DNA of 20,000 nt, from the IMG/VR virus record IMGVR_UViG_3300009034_000029; one strand, 5' to 3'. Of the stretch, positions 7,922 through 16,248 are shown piece after piece. Made by a program: the position numbers and the translations under genes. The stretch is from an uncultured virus (IMG/VR IMGVR_UViG_3300009034_000029). Lineage: Duplodnaviria; Heunggongvirae; Uroviricota; Caudoviricetes. The first letter of the stretch is position 1; each line of letters starts with the position of its first letter. The notes below the pieces were generated by a model that saw only the letters and a program-made list of their open reading frames with translations, had not been told where the DNA came from and ran no database searches.

Positions 7922-9561
7922 TCTCTCGCACTCCTTTGACCTTGTCTTTGAGTACGCTCATAAGTTGGAAGTTCTGTCCCTGGATCCTGAGTAGCTCTTT
8001 GTCCCCTATCTGCCTGTATCTCTCGTGTAGTCGACGTATGCTTATGTTCCTGAATCTTCTTTGCCCATTCAAGAATCTCTTTCTTCTGATCATCAGTCAA
8101 TGGTTCCTTATTAAACAGCTCTCGTATCTCAGTTGGAGTAAAGTCTCCAGTCTCTATCAATACAGCAGCTATTCTTGCTAACTCAGCTCTATCCTTATCT
8201 AATATCAATTGGTGCTTAATTTCCAACTTTTTCATTAATTCCTGATAACCTTGATAATTCGCCAACCTAAAATGACTCTCGATAAGCTTAATAACTTCCT
8301 TGGAGATGATATCAGCCAACACAGAAGCTCGCATTAACATATAACTATTCGGGAATGTTGCAGCTGCAAATGCCTGACTCTCCCTAGTAGCCATAGCCAC
8401 TTCAGGGTTGAATAGAGAATTATAGATAGATCTATTCAAATTCTCCAACATGGGGTTTGGATCAGTATACTTCATCTTGGGTTCTAAATAACTAGGCACT
8501 ACATTATCTGAAATTACCCAACCCTGTTCGGTTTCCTTCCATCTAATCTTCTTCTCGAAATCATCCAATGCGGTCTGCATATCGGCTAATGCTGCAGTTC
8601 TCCTTTGTGTTGGAGTTCCATCATAAAATTCTGGATTGAATGCTTCGACTTTCAGACTAAATACTGGCCTAGGAACTGCATAATGTCTCCATTTCATATC
8701 ATCCAGTTGCATGTTAAGTTTCCACAGTATTATCTGTCTACATGACTCCAATGGAGAAATTGACCATACACCAAAGGTCCATCTATCCACAATATCAATA
8801 ACTTCACTATTACTCATTAAACTGCAATGGAATATTTTATCTGTAGTAGCCTTATCGGGTTTAAATGTCTGTCTCCCTTCAACGATCTGGGCACCCGTAT
8901 ACTGTTCATTCAACACATATATATTCTTATTCATAATCTCTACATCAAAATGCCCGATCTGAGCTGCATTCTCCACGATAGTCGTCCTTGAAATCGGCCA
9001 AGTCTGCAATCCAGTTATATTCCCATCAATAAGAACTTTCGAGATATGATCACCATGCCGCAACATATCTCTCGCAGCAGTCTCATAAATCAATGGAACA
9101 TCAATTTTCTTCGCGAAGTCTCGTGCTTCCTCAAGGAATTTCTTCTCTGTTTCCTCTTCCTTCTCACCCATCTTTAACCCTAACCCAGCATAAACCCTAC
9201 GAGTCATCATTGAAATTGTATCTATAGCTCCTCTTACCTCAGGATCTACCTGATACATTGTATCATACCCGAAGTGTTTATTCACCGGATAACTAATATT
9301 AAATATAATCCCACGTAGGTTTTCAACGGAATGTAGCAATGGAGGTTCCTTATATGCCGCACCAATATTCACAAACTCCGATAATTTTGATTTCTTACCC
9401 TTTAAACTGGCCTTATACATCTTACTCCATCGATGTTGAATAAACTCCCGATGTTTTGTAACACCATCAATCTCGGGCTCGGGGATTGGAGCAACCAAAA
9501 ATCCCTTAAATGGCTGTTCTTTCTCTGGTTTCGTCCATTTTTCCCAAAACTTCCACTTCAT
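7918..9561 (-). CDS. Portal protein
   Basis: 547 aa between TerL and protease, with ATGA overlaps on both sides; portal-like features 'ARDMLRHGD', 'FGVWSISPLES' and C-terminal 'GDFTPTEIRELFNKEPL'. Confidence 0.8.
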   Translation of the reverse strand: MKWKFWEKWTKPEKEQPFKGFLVAPIPEPEIDGVTKHREFIQHRWSKMYKASLKGKKSKLSEFVNIGAAYKEPPLLHSVENLRGIIFNISYPVNKHFGYDTMYQVDPEVRGAIDTISMMTRRVYAGLGLKMGEKEEETEKKFLEEARDFAKKIDVPLIYETAARDMLRHGDHISKVLIDGNITGLQTWPISRTTIVENAAQIGHFDVEIMNKNIYVLNEQYTGAQIVEGRQTFKPDKATTDKIFHCSLMSNSEVIDIVDRWTFGVWSISPLESCRQIILWKLNMQLDDMKWRHYAVPRPVFSLKVEAFNPEFYDGTPTQRRTAALADMQTALDDFEKKIRWKETEQGWVISDNVVPSYLEPKMKYTDPNPMLENLNRSIYNSLFNPEVAMATRESQAFAAATFPNSYMLMRASVLADIISKEVIKLIESHFRLANYQGYQELMKKLEIKHQLILDKDRAELARIAAVLIETGDFTPTEIRELFNKEPLTDDQKKEILEWAKKIQEHKHTSTTREIQADRGQRATQDPGTELPTYERTQRQGQRSARE

Positions 9562-11060
9562 ATCGTATCAATCCTCCCAACAACAAACATAGGTCTGTAT
9601 ACAATCTCTACTGTATCAAACCCATAATTGACTAATGCTACTGCATCAGCCACATCTTTACTTCCACCCGGAGGATGGTCAACACGTCTTCCGTTAATAA
9701 TCTCCAAACACTCTAATTCCTCGGTTAAAAATGGAAAATCACACACATCAATAGTTCCTCTAACAAACCTCTCTTGGAGTGAATCTTGTTCTGGTAGCTT
9801 TATGATATGATTTTCGACCTGTATACCCTTATTAATCAATTTTTGCTGTAAAATCGGATAGTTCCAAGTATCAAACACAGCCATTTTTACTGGGAATGTC
9901 TCAGTAATATCCATAATAAACTTTAAAACTTCCTCGGGGTTAATACCAAACTTCCTCTCTGGTTTGAATCTCCATATACCATCTATCACCAAAACATCCA
10001 TAGAAAACTTATTACCCGTATTGGGGTCGGTTTTCTTCCAATATTCCCTATGACCCAGAGCTATCCCAAATGCATCTCTCTTGGCTGCAGGGTCTCCACC
10101 CAACACATAAGTATAATCTCCAGGGACTATTCCTTCAGTATTCCCATCTTTTATCCTTTTTAATATATTCTCCCTCAGTGGGTTTATCTTAATCACATCA
10201 GGGTTGGTGTAGTATGGCAATATTGCAGATGTAGGTTCTGCTCCATAATCTCTTAGAGCCTTAGCATAATCTAACCTAAACTCCGTATCGAAGCTTTCCC
10301 TCGTAAGGTTAGGATTGAACTCCCATGTAGCCAATTTATACCCCAACATATGAGAATGTTTTTGTGTGCCATCTACCTTTAATGCAATCGCATCCTTATA
10401 TAAAGTCATTAAAAAGTCATTGGGGTATAAGGGTGAGGAGATAACAATTCGGTAGCCGTCATTTCCGAATGTCTTCGTTGCTCTACCCAACGAGAAATAC
10501 ACTGCCTCACCCGACCGCTTACCAGAGGTGTCTTGGAACCTCGCCAATTCATCGAAGGTTACAATTTTCGCAGTTCTACCCACTATGGATGCACTATTGG
10601 AACCACCAGATCTAATACGCACTCTTTTCGGTAATCTTATAGTATCATATGTTGATTCATACCCGATAAAGTTAAAATAAGGCGACTTTTCAACCTTAGC
10701 ATCAATTTGAGCAAATACAGTATCTCGAGCCTGAGTTTGACTTGTCGCCGTGTTGATAATAAATATCTCAGATCCCTTAGACAATCCCCAATGTGCTGCG
10801 GGATCATCATACTGTTGGAGGCAGAAAGCCTCGTAAGTAGAGAATAAAGCAGCCTCAAATGTCTTGCCGCTCCTCATACCCGCAACCACAACTAGATCTG
10901 TCTTTTTCTCTCTATAAAACCTATCAAACATCTCCTTCTGCATGGGGTATAAAGTTTCTCCCAAGAAATACGGATCCTCTGCAAAGAAAGATGGAGTCTC
11001 AAGTGCTCGCATTTTTTTCAAGGTTTGTTCCTTGTAATCGAGATCCTCCCATCTTAACAT
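9558..11060 (-). CDS. terL: Terminase large subunit
   Basis: Adenine-binding 'LYPMQ', Walker A 'AGMRSGKT', Walker B 'IVTFDE', coupling motif 'ISSP', RNase H-like nuclease motifs 'LGGDPA', 'FDTW' and 'SKDVADAVA'. Confidence 0.93.
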   Translation of the reverse strand: MLRWEDLDYKEQTLKKMRALETPSFFAEDPYFLGETLYPMQKEMFDRFYREKKTDLVVVAGMRSGKTFEAALFSTYEAFCLQQYDDPAAHWGLSKGSEIFIINTATSQTQARDTVFAQIDAKVEKSPYFNFIGYESTYDTIRLPKRVRIRSGGSNSASIVGRTAKIVTFDELARFQDTSGKRSGEAVYFSLGRATKTFGNDGYRIVISSPLYPNDFLMTLYKDAIALKVDGTQKHSHMLGYKLATWEFNPNLTRESFDTEFRLDYAKALRDYGAEPTSAILPYYTNPDVIKINPLRENILKRIKDGNTEGIVPGDYTYVLGGDPAAKRDAFGIALGHREYWKKTDPNTGNKFSMDVLVIDGIWRFKPERKFGINPEEVLKFIMDITETFPVKMAVFDTWNYPILQQKLINKGIQVENHIIKLPEQDSLQERFVRGTIDVCDFPFLTEELECLEIINGRRVDHPPGGSKDVADAVALVNYGFDTVEIVYRPMFVVGRIDTI

Positions 11061-12649
11061 TACATCAGCACTTCCGTTTCAATTTTTGGTTCTTCTATTG
11101 ATTGATCAATCTTATTTTCCTCAACACTCGCAATTATGTAGAATCCTATATCCATATGTTCGATAATCAGATCAGCCGTGAATGATACAAGCTGTGTCTT
11201 TCGTATGCGGATATTTGCCAGATAGGTCTTTGTCATATAACCTACTTCAGACCAAATTATAAGATCCGCAGTGAAAGTCTTTTCTTGTATCTTTAACGTC
11301 CGCATATCTGCAGAATATGTTTCCTCATATACCTTGGCAGTTCTCATATTTGCAGTAAAGTCTTTCTCTATAGTCTTCCTAATTCTTAAATCCGCAAGGA
11401 ACGTTTTTGTTTGAGTCTTACGAATTCTAATATCTGCAGTAAATGTCTTCTCGAACGTTCGCATTGTACGTAAATCAGCAGTGAAGGTTTTCTCAATCGT
11501 CTTACGTGTTCGTAAATCAGCCGTATAAGTTTGTTCTTGTGTTTTCTGTACTCTCAAATCTGCAGTGAATGTTTTATCATACAACTGCATAATCTTGACA
11601 TCGGCATTAAATGTCTTATCCAATGTCTTTCTTATACGTAGATCTGCAAAGTATGTTTTCTCAACTATACCACTAATCTTAACATCCGCTGTAAAGGTCT
11701 TTTCTTGCGTTTTTCTCGTTCGGAGGTCAGCAGTGAACGTTTTGGTATATGGCTGCATTATCTTAATGTCAGCCAAAAATGTCTTAGTCTGAGTTTTCCG
11801 CGTTCTTAAATCAGCCGTAAAAGTTTTCTCAGTTGTCTTACGAATCCTCAAATCTGCAGTGAAGGTCTTCTCATAACCCTTCATTGTACGAAGATCTGCA
11901 GTAAATGTCACAGTCTGAGTCTTTCTTATTCGTAGGTCAGCCAGAAATGTCTTTTCTTGTTCCTTTAAAGTCCTCATATCAGCCGTAAATGTCTTTGTAT
12001 ACGACTGCATGATTTTTACATCAGCAGTAAAGGTCTTAGTCTCAGTCTTTCGAGTCCTTAAATCTGCAGTAAATGTTTCTGTGAATGTTTTTCTCGTACG
12101 TAAGTCTGCAGTGAAAGTTTTAGTCTGCGTCTTCCTAATTCTTAAATCAGCCGTGAATGTCTTCTCATACGTTGTATATCCAGCAGTATAATATACCGTA
12201 ACGGTACATGAATCCTGCCGATAATTGCTTGCTGCCTTACCAGAAATAACTGGAGTTACACGAATCCTGAAACTTGTCGATTTGATATGAGTGGCAGTCC
12301 ATGTTCCGCCCCACAGATTGGTTGGACTACCAACAGTTGCATCTGTCGATGCTGCACAATTAGCTAAAACTCCCTGTGCTGCAGTATTCAAAGCACGCCA
12401 TGTTGATGTACTGTCATACAACTCAACAGTGAACATATCGTTAGAGTCATCACAACCACCATGTATTGTCACTTCAATACCATCGATTGTCCCGGCCACA
12501 TTAACAAAGGCAAAACTAAACTCACCAGATACCGCTGTACCGGAAGTTGTGCTCATACATGCATCATCACCAGCACCAGTGAAATTGCTTTCATTTGTCC
12601 AGGCGCCGGCAGCTTCTAATGTATTAGCATTTTTTGCTTCACTCGCCAT
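11060..12649 (-). CDS. Putative virion fibre/spike protein: N-terminal beta domain + ~24 tandem 14-aa repeats
   Basis: N-terminal ~160 aa Thr/Gly/Ser-rich beta domain, then repeats with consensus KTFTADLRxRKTxE; its stop overlaps the TerL start (TAATG). Confidence 0.6.
   Translation of the reverse strand: MASEAKNANTLEAAGAWTNESNFTGAGDDACMSTTSGTAVSGEFSFAFVNVAGTIDGIEVTIHGGCDDSNDMFTVELYDSTSTWRALNTAAQGVLANCAASTDATVGSPTNLWGGTWTATHIKSTSFRIRVTPVISGKAASNYRQDSCTVTVYYTAGYTTYEKTFTADLRIRKTQTKTFTADLRTRKTFTETFTADLRTRKTETKTFTADVKIMQSYTKTFTADMRTLKEQEKTFLADLRIRKTQTVTFTADLRTMKGYEKTFTADLRIRKTTEKTFTADLRTRKTQTKTFLADIKIMQPYTKTFTADLRTRKTQEKTFTADVKISGIVEKTYFADLRIRKTLDKTFNADVKIMQLYDKTFTADLRVQKTQEQTYTADLRTRKTIEKTFTADLRTMRTFEKTFTADIRIRKTQTKTFLADLRIRKTIEKDFTANMRTAKVYEETYSADMRTLKIQEKTFTADLIIWSEVGYMTKTYLANIRIRKTQLVSFTADLIIEHMDIGFYIIASVEENKIDQSIEEPKIETEVLM
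11160..12163 (-). repeat. Coding tandem repeat, 42-bp / 14-aa unit, ~24 copies
   Basis: Counted 24 units of (K/E/V/Q)T(F/Y)xAD(L/V/I/M)(R/K)xxKTxx in the translation; the DNA shows a recurring 'tc(a/t)gc(a/c)gt(a/g)aa' every 42 bp with many synonymous differences. Confidence 0.92.
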
Positions 12650-12947
12650 CTACCCTCACCATCCTAAAACCACACCCTTTTGGTAAATGGTAAATTGGAG
12701 GAACATGTGCTGGTCTGTTTGGATCAGGAAACGGTAAACATTCCTTCAACCAATAATCATACACCCACTGTGGAATATCTGGTGGCCTCAACCTATCCCT
12801 CTTAACAATACATGCATATTTCCCACCAGGTTGTCCTTCTAAATATCTACATGCAGTCCTCTTAGGATTCATCAACGTTAACGGCGGCTCAATCTTACAA
12901 CAAACCCCACACTGTATACACTGACCCTCTAATACCCAGGAACTCAT
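12639..12947 (-). CDS. CxxCxxCC (YkgJ/FliB-like) zinc- or iron-sulfur-chelating protein
   Basis: 'CIQCGVCC' followed by 'CRYL', 'YACIV', 'CLPFP' and 'GCGF'; ATG at 12947 overlaps the upstream stop (ATGA) and follows GGAGG. Confidence 0.7.
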   Translation of the reverse strand: MSSWVLEGQCIQCGVCCKIEPPLTLMNPKRTACRYLEGQPGGKYACIVKRDRLRPPDIPQWVYDYWLKECLPFPDPNRPAHVPPIYHLPKGCGFRMVRVDGE

Positions 12948-13462
12948 TCTTCTTCGTCCTCCTTTACCCATCTGAACTCCTGCGCACTGTATCCATCGTA
13001 GATATTTGAAAACTTTCCACCTAGTTGTACCGAACCATCTTCATAGATATACATTACACTCTGTAAATTTTTCCCTTCCACTGTCATCTGCCATCCAAGC
13101 AGATACACCGTTCTTTTTGGTACATTAGAAGGTTTAAGTTCTCCATCTCTGCTCACATCTATTGGAGCAAAATTTCTACTCAACCGAATAATTCTTCGTC
13201 CAGGCAATACATGCATAATATGAGGTTGTAGCCTAGGATCTCTCTTCACATTAATCCCTTGGCTTGCCAATACCCATGCTAATTCATCGTCAAATGGAAA
13301 CCATCCTACATACACAGCCTTTGATTGATCAACCTCCTTCCAGTTATGTTGTTTTCCGGTGATAAAATGATACTGCGGAAACATAATAAATCGACCGGGA
13401 CGTTCCTCATCTGGATAAAAGACAATCCAGTAAAAACTCGGTGGGTTGTATCCCAAATCCAT
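12944..13462 (-). CDS. Hypothetical beta-rich viral protein
   Basis: GGAGGTGA RBS 6 nt before the ATG at 13462; coupled to the downstream gene; no recognisable catalytic motif. Confidence 0.7.
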   Translation of the reverse strand: MDLGYNPPSFYWIVFYPDEERPGRFIMFPQYHFITGKQHNWKEVDQSKAVYVGWFPFDDELAWVLASQGINVKRDPRLQPHIMHVLPGRRIIRLSRNFAPIDVSRDGELKPSNVPKRTVYLLGWQMTVEGKNLQSVMYIYEDGSVQLGGKFSNIYDGYSAQEFRWVKEDEEE

Positions 13463-13499
13463 TCCCAATCACCTCCATTGTATTGGTTGATGTTATTTC

Positions 13500-14078
13500 C
13501 TATATCTCATCATACATAAAGGTAAATGTCTCGTCTGGTTGTTCACCTGGTGTTGCATCAGTAGCTAATTTAACTTGGTACACGATAGAGTCACATCTTC
13601 CTGGGGCGACAATAGATTGTGTATCTACAACCATAGCATTACCGGATGAGTTGAATGTATCCGCGTTTGCTACTGCTGCGGTTTGACCAAGATAATAAGA
13701 ATGCCCATTTGTGGCATGTTTAATATCATCTCCAGTCTCACCCAACGTACCAGTTGCTTGATCATATGAACCTTCTGGACACCCATGATCACCAGCATCT
13801 CGTTGCCCAACCTCTAATTGCCCACCAGTTCCAAGGTTCCAGTTAGTCGCAACGTTCCCAGAACAATACCACTTGATGTTTGTAATCTCAGTAAATGTAC
13901 CTGAGAAATTCACACAGTGGTGTTTCCAATAACTATAATTATTCCCTGCTCCTGGTACCTTACATGGGTTGGCATTCACCGGGTTATGATCATCCATCGT
14001 ACAGAACCTTACAGTTGTCTTAGTCGTCCAAGCTACAGTCGCACCATTACCTTCTTGTACATCTGCTGTTGCTGCCAT
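13500..14078 (-). CDS. Putative virion structural protein
   Basis: Gly/Thr/Ala/Asn-rich, all-beta-like 192-aa protein ('NYSYWKH', C-terminal 'ETFTFMYDEI'); GGAGTG RBS; inside the morphogenesis operon. Confidence 0.55.
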   Translation of the reverse strand: MAATADVQEGNGATVAWTTKTTVRFCTMDDHNPVNANPCKVPGAGNNYSYWKHHCVNFSGTFTEITNIKWYCSGNVATNWNLGTGGQLEVGQRDAGDHGCPEGSYDQATGTLGETGDDIKHATNGHSYYLGQTAAVANADTFNSSGNAMVVDTQSIVAPGRCDSIVYQVKLATDATPGEQPDETFTFMYDEI

Positions 14079-14079
14079 A

Positions 14080-14388
14080 TTACGACACTCCTGTTTCTAC
14101 TATATCATGAATATTTCTTTCCTTATGCGGATTACCACCAATAGTAGCTCTCCACTCTATAATATAAGCCCCCAGAGTCATATCATCAGGTACACTCCAC
14201 CAGTAATAATAAACACCTGTACCGTCTTGGGTTGTAGTAAATGGTCCACTGATTTCTTCGCCTCCCTGTTTGATATATATCTCAGGCAAGGCATCAGCAT
14301 TGACAATAATTCCGTTCTCATTATACACAGTACCCTTAAGCTTATACGATGAACCTACCTCAAGCTGTAAAAGTATTGATACTGACAT
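14080..14388 (-). CDS. Small Ig-like beta-sandwich protein (putative virion accessory protein)
   Basis: 'GTGVYYYWWSVP...GAYIIEWRATIGG' pattern typical of phage Ig-like domains; the ATG at 14388 follows the upstream stop. Confidence 0.55.
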   Translation of the reverse strand: MSVSILLQLEVGSSYKLKGTVYNENGIIVNADALPEIYIKQGGEEISGPFTTTQDGTGVYYYWWSVPDDMTLGAYIIEWRATIGGNPHKERNIHDIVETGVS

Positions 14389-14389
14389 C

Positions 14390-14875
14390 CTACGACCCCA
14401 CAACTACTGTCTCTGGCTTTTCTTTCTCTAGGAACTTCCTAAATTCAACCTTACAGTCTTCACATGCATGTTCCAGCATATAGGACTGAAATCTTTCTAA
14501 TTGTGCTTGGTTGTTTTGAATTATGATCATATGATCGGGCATATTCTTTCCTCTAAGTTTCTGTATGTCTTGTGCTAACTGACTGAGCTCACGAATGTAA
14601 TCTTTAATAGCTCTTTCCACACGGGGGTCTATGTCTTTTGTCATTAACCCCTCGAGTCGTTCCTGGACACGGTCATACATATTTTCTAATAACTTAACAC
14701 GATCTTCTACACTCACATATTTATCTAATATATGATTCTTCATATGCATCCAGATAATTTTCGGATCGGCTTTTAACTGTTCCCCGACATCGTGCGCGGA
14801 CAGTGAACCTAATGTCAGTTGCTTCTCGTAGTATCTTCTATTCGGTGCCTTACAAAGCGGACAATTTCCGGTCAT
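14390..14875 (-). CDS. Putative terminase small subunit / Zn-binding DNA-binding protein
   Basis: First gene of the operon; N-terminal CPLC...HMKNH (C2H2-like) around an HTH-like segment, central coiled coil, C-terminal CEDC. Confidence 0.5.
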   Translation of the reverse strand: MTGNCPLCKAPNRRYYEKQLTLGSLSAHDVGEQLKADPKIIWMHMKNHILDKYVSVEDRVKLLENMYDRVQERLEGLMTKDIDPRVERAIKDYIRELSQLAQDIQKLRGKNMPDHMIIIQNNQAQLERFQSYMLEHACEDCKVEFRKFLEKEKPETVVVGS

Positions 14876-14893
14876 ATAAACACAACCAAGTAC

Positions 14894-14928
14894 AAAGAAT
14901 TATTCTTTTGCGTGTATATAAAGCTTCG
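14894..14928 (-). promoter_or_regulatory. Archaeal-type promoter of the morphogenesis operon with a palindromic operator
   Basis: Minus-strand TTTATATA at 14922-14915, about 40 nt upstream of the ATG at 14875; perfect palindrome AAAGAAT-T-ATTCTTT at 14894-14908 between the TATA box and the expected start site. Confidence 0.6.
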
Positions 14929-15059
14929 TATAGGGCTCACAGCATTATATTATATCCTGTTTTGGAGTTAGCAAAAAGAAACTTGTGTTAGCAACACAAT
15001 GTTTAGAAACAGGGGTAATTTGTTTAAGTCAGGTGTTTAGCGTTTTTGCTAAAAGAAAC

Positions 15060-15720
15060 ATTTGCAATTTATAATGTAATGTTAATTAAATAGATAATTA
15101 TTAAATTAAATAAATAAAATATTATTGTATATAAAATTTTATTATAAAATTAGATGATAGGTTATATATATAATCAAGATGTTATATAATTAAAAGTTTG
15201 TATATAAAAATAAATAAGAGGTTAAATATATATGAAAAATGTTGAAAAGATAGATAAACATCTATTTAATTCGAAATTGATTGATATAGTATTAAAAATT
15301 GTTATAGAAATAGTAAAATGTAAAAATAATAAAGAAAAGATTTATATATATACGGAATTGTTTTATTATCAATGGAATAAGTTAATTAAATAGATAGATA
15401 GTTAATTAATCAATTAAACTATTATTTATATATAGACTATTTGATATAATCAAGTAGTCATATAAATATATAGGAGAAGATCTATATAAAGCATAAAGTA
15501 GCTAATCAAATACGAAGATTGTTGAATAAGCAAGAGAACAGTTATATAATCAAGCATAAGCTTAAAACTATAAAGCTAAACAAAGATAAATAGATAAACG
15601 CTTATTTAACTAGCAAGAAGTTTGAATAAGGAAATGATCTGTTGAATAAATAGACAGATCATTATACTTTATATTGACTATTTATAAATATAGATAGTCA
15701 TTGATACATTCAAGGAGATG
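15060..15720. other. Extremely AT-rich divergent control region (candidate origin/terminus) with direct and inverted repeats
   Basis: Abrupt drop in GC; GTTAATTAAATAGATA at 15081 and 15381; recurring TATAATCAAG, AAATAGA and TTGAATAA; several hairpins; coding strand switches here. Confidence 0.6.
15232..15393 (+). CDS. Small hypothetical protein, 53 aa (MKNVEKIDKHLFNSKLIDIVLKIVIEIVKCKNNKEKIYIYTELFYYQWNKLIK)
   Basis: Below the ORF-track cutoff; GAGGT RBS-like sequence and TATA-like elements upstream, hairpin just after the stop. Confidence 0.45.
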   Translation: MKNVEKIDKHLFNSKLIDIVLKIVIEIVKCKNNKEKIYIYTELFYYQWNKLIK

Positions 15721-15725
15721 ATTGA

Positions 15726-15989
15726 ATGAATAAGCAAAAGCTTAAAAGACCAACAATAGCTCTATTAGTTAAAGAAGGATCTGATTCAAAGAAGAAATCA
15801 GGTAAAATTTCAATGAAACAGTTAAACAGTCTATTAAACAAGTATAAAGTTATATCAGTAAGTGATCTTGCAAACAAATGTAAAGTTGTTCACCAATGGA
15901 GTTACAAGTATTTACAGAAACTTGTACAATCAAAAGTACTAGTGAAAAAATACATGAATGGTAGAACATATTACTTCAGATCTAAATAA
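15726..15989 (+). CDS. Small basic winged-HTH protein (paralogue 1)
   Basis: AAGGAG RBS; 'ISVSDLANKCKV...YKYLQKLVQSKVLVKKYMNGRTYY' helix-turn-helix plus wing; N-terminal RPTI motif. Confidence 0.75.
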   Translation: MNKQKLKRPTIALLVKEGSDSKKKSGKISMKQLNSLLNKYKVISVSDLANKCKVVHQWSYKYLQKLVQSKVLVKKYMNGRTYYFRSK

Positions 15990-15992
15990 ATA

Positions 15993-16032
15993 GATAGTTG
16001 ATAGAACAATCAACTATTTCCCTCTTCTTTTT
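15993..16032 (+). terminator. Hairpin + pyrimidine/T-run terminator
   Basis: ATAGTTGAT-AGAACA-ATCAACTAT followed by TTCCCTCTTCTTTTT just after the stop at 15989. Confidence 0.65.
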
Positions 16033-16040
16033 AATAGAGT

Positions 16041-16120
16041 ATTGAACAAATAAACAAGTGATTGAAAGAATAAAGAGGTGATTGAAAGATTAGAAAAGTA
16101 ATTGAGGACATAGGTAAAGG
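16041..16120. repeat. Degenerate 20-bp tandem repeat x4 (iteron-like)
   Basis: ATTGA at 16041, 16061, 16081 and 16101; units ATTGAACAAATAAACAAGTG / ATTGAAAGAATAAAGAGGTG / ATTGAAAGATTAGAAAAGTA / ATTGAGGACATAGGTAAAGG. Confidence 0.6.
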
Positions 16121-16248
16121 ACATGAGGCTCAATAACATTATAAAATATATATTGAGATTAACGTTACCCTGAACCCGCGCCTTGACCTGATCCAGGTCG
16201 CTGATCCCGGGACTTGAGTTAAGGGGACTATTGAAATTGGCATTGACC

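Noticed and set aside
9558..11060. Intein or intron in terL
   Set aside because: Normal length (500 aa), contiguous motifs, and no intein splice motifs or LAGLIDADG signatures.
11160..12163. 42-bp periodic DNA as a CRISPR array or DGR template/variable repeat
   Set aside because: It is fully in frame within a protein, variation is mostly synonymous rather than adenine-specific, and no reverse transcriptase or cas gene is in the window.
199..14352. Numerous plus-strand ORFs (e.g. 3393..3764, 4140..4547, 6192..6599, 12291..12686) and short alternative-frame minus ORFs (5988..6212, 7896..8093, 10637..10858)
   Set aside because: They are antisense or out-of-frame shadows of well-supported genes, with no RBS or protein-like motifs.
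14803..14991. Plus-strand 62-aa ORF across the late promoter
   Set aside because: It overlaps the putative terS start and promoter in antisense, starts with GTG and has no RBS.
15726..15989. Ribosomal protein eS25 homologue (KYKVISVSDLANKCKV resembles eS25)
   Set aside because: The resemblance is explainable by the generic winged-helix fold and is not shared by the two paralogues; it cannot be supported without a profile search.
16041..16120. Mini-CRISPR array suggested by ATTGAAAG repeat ends
   Set aside because: The period is only 20 bp, with no 25-37-bp conserved repeat and no unique spacers.
16165..16230. GC-rich patch as a tRNA or hammerhead ribozyme
   Set aside because: It has hairpins but no T-loop GTTCRA/cloverleaf and no CTGATGA...GAAA core.
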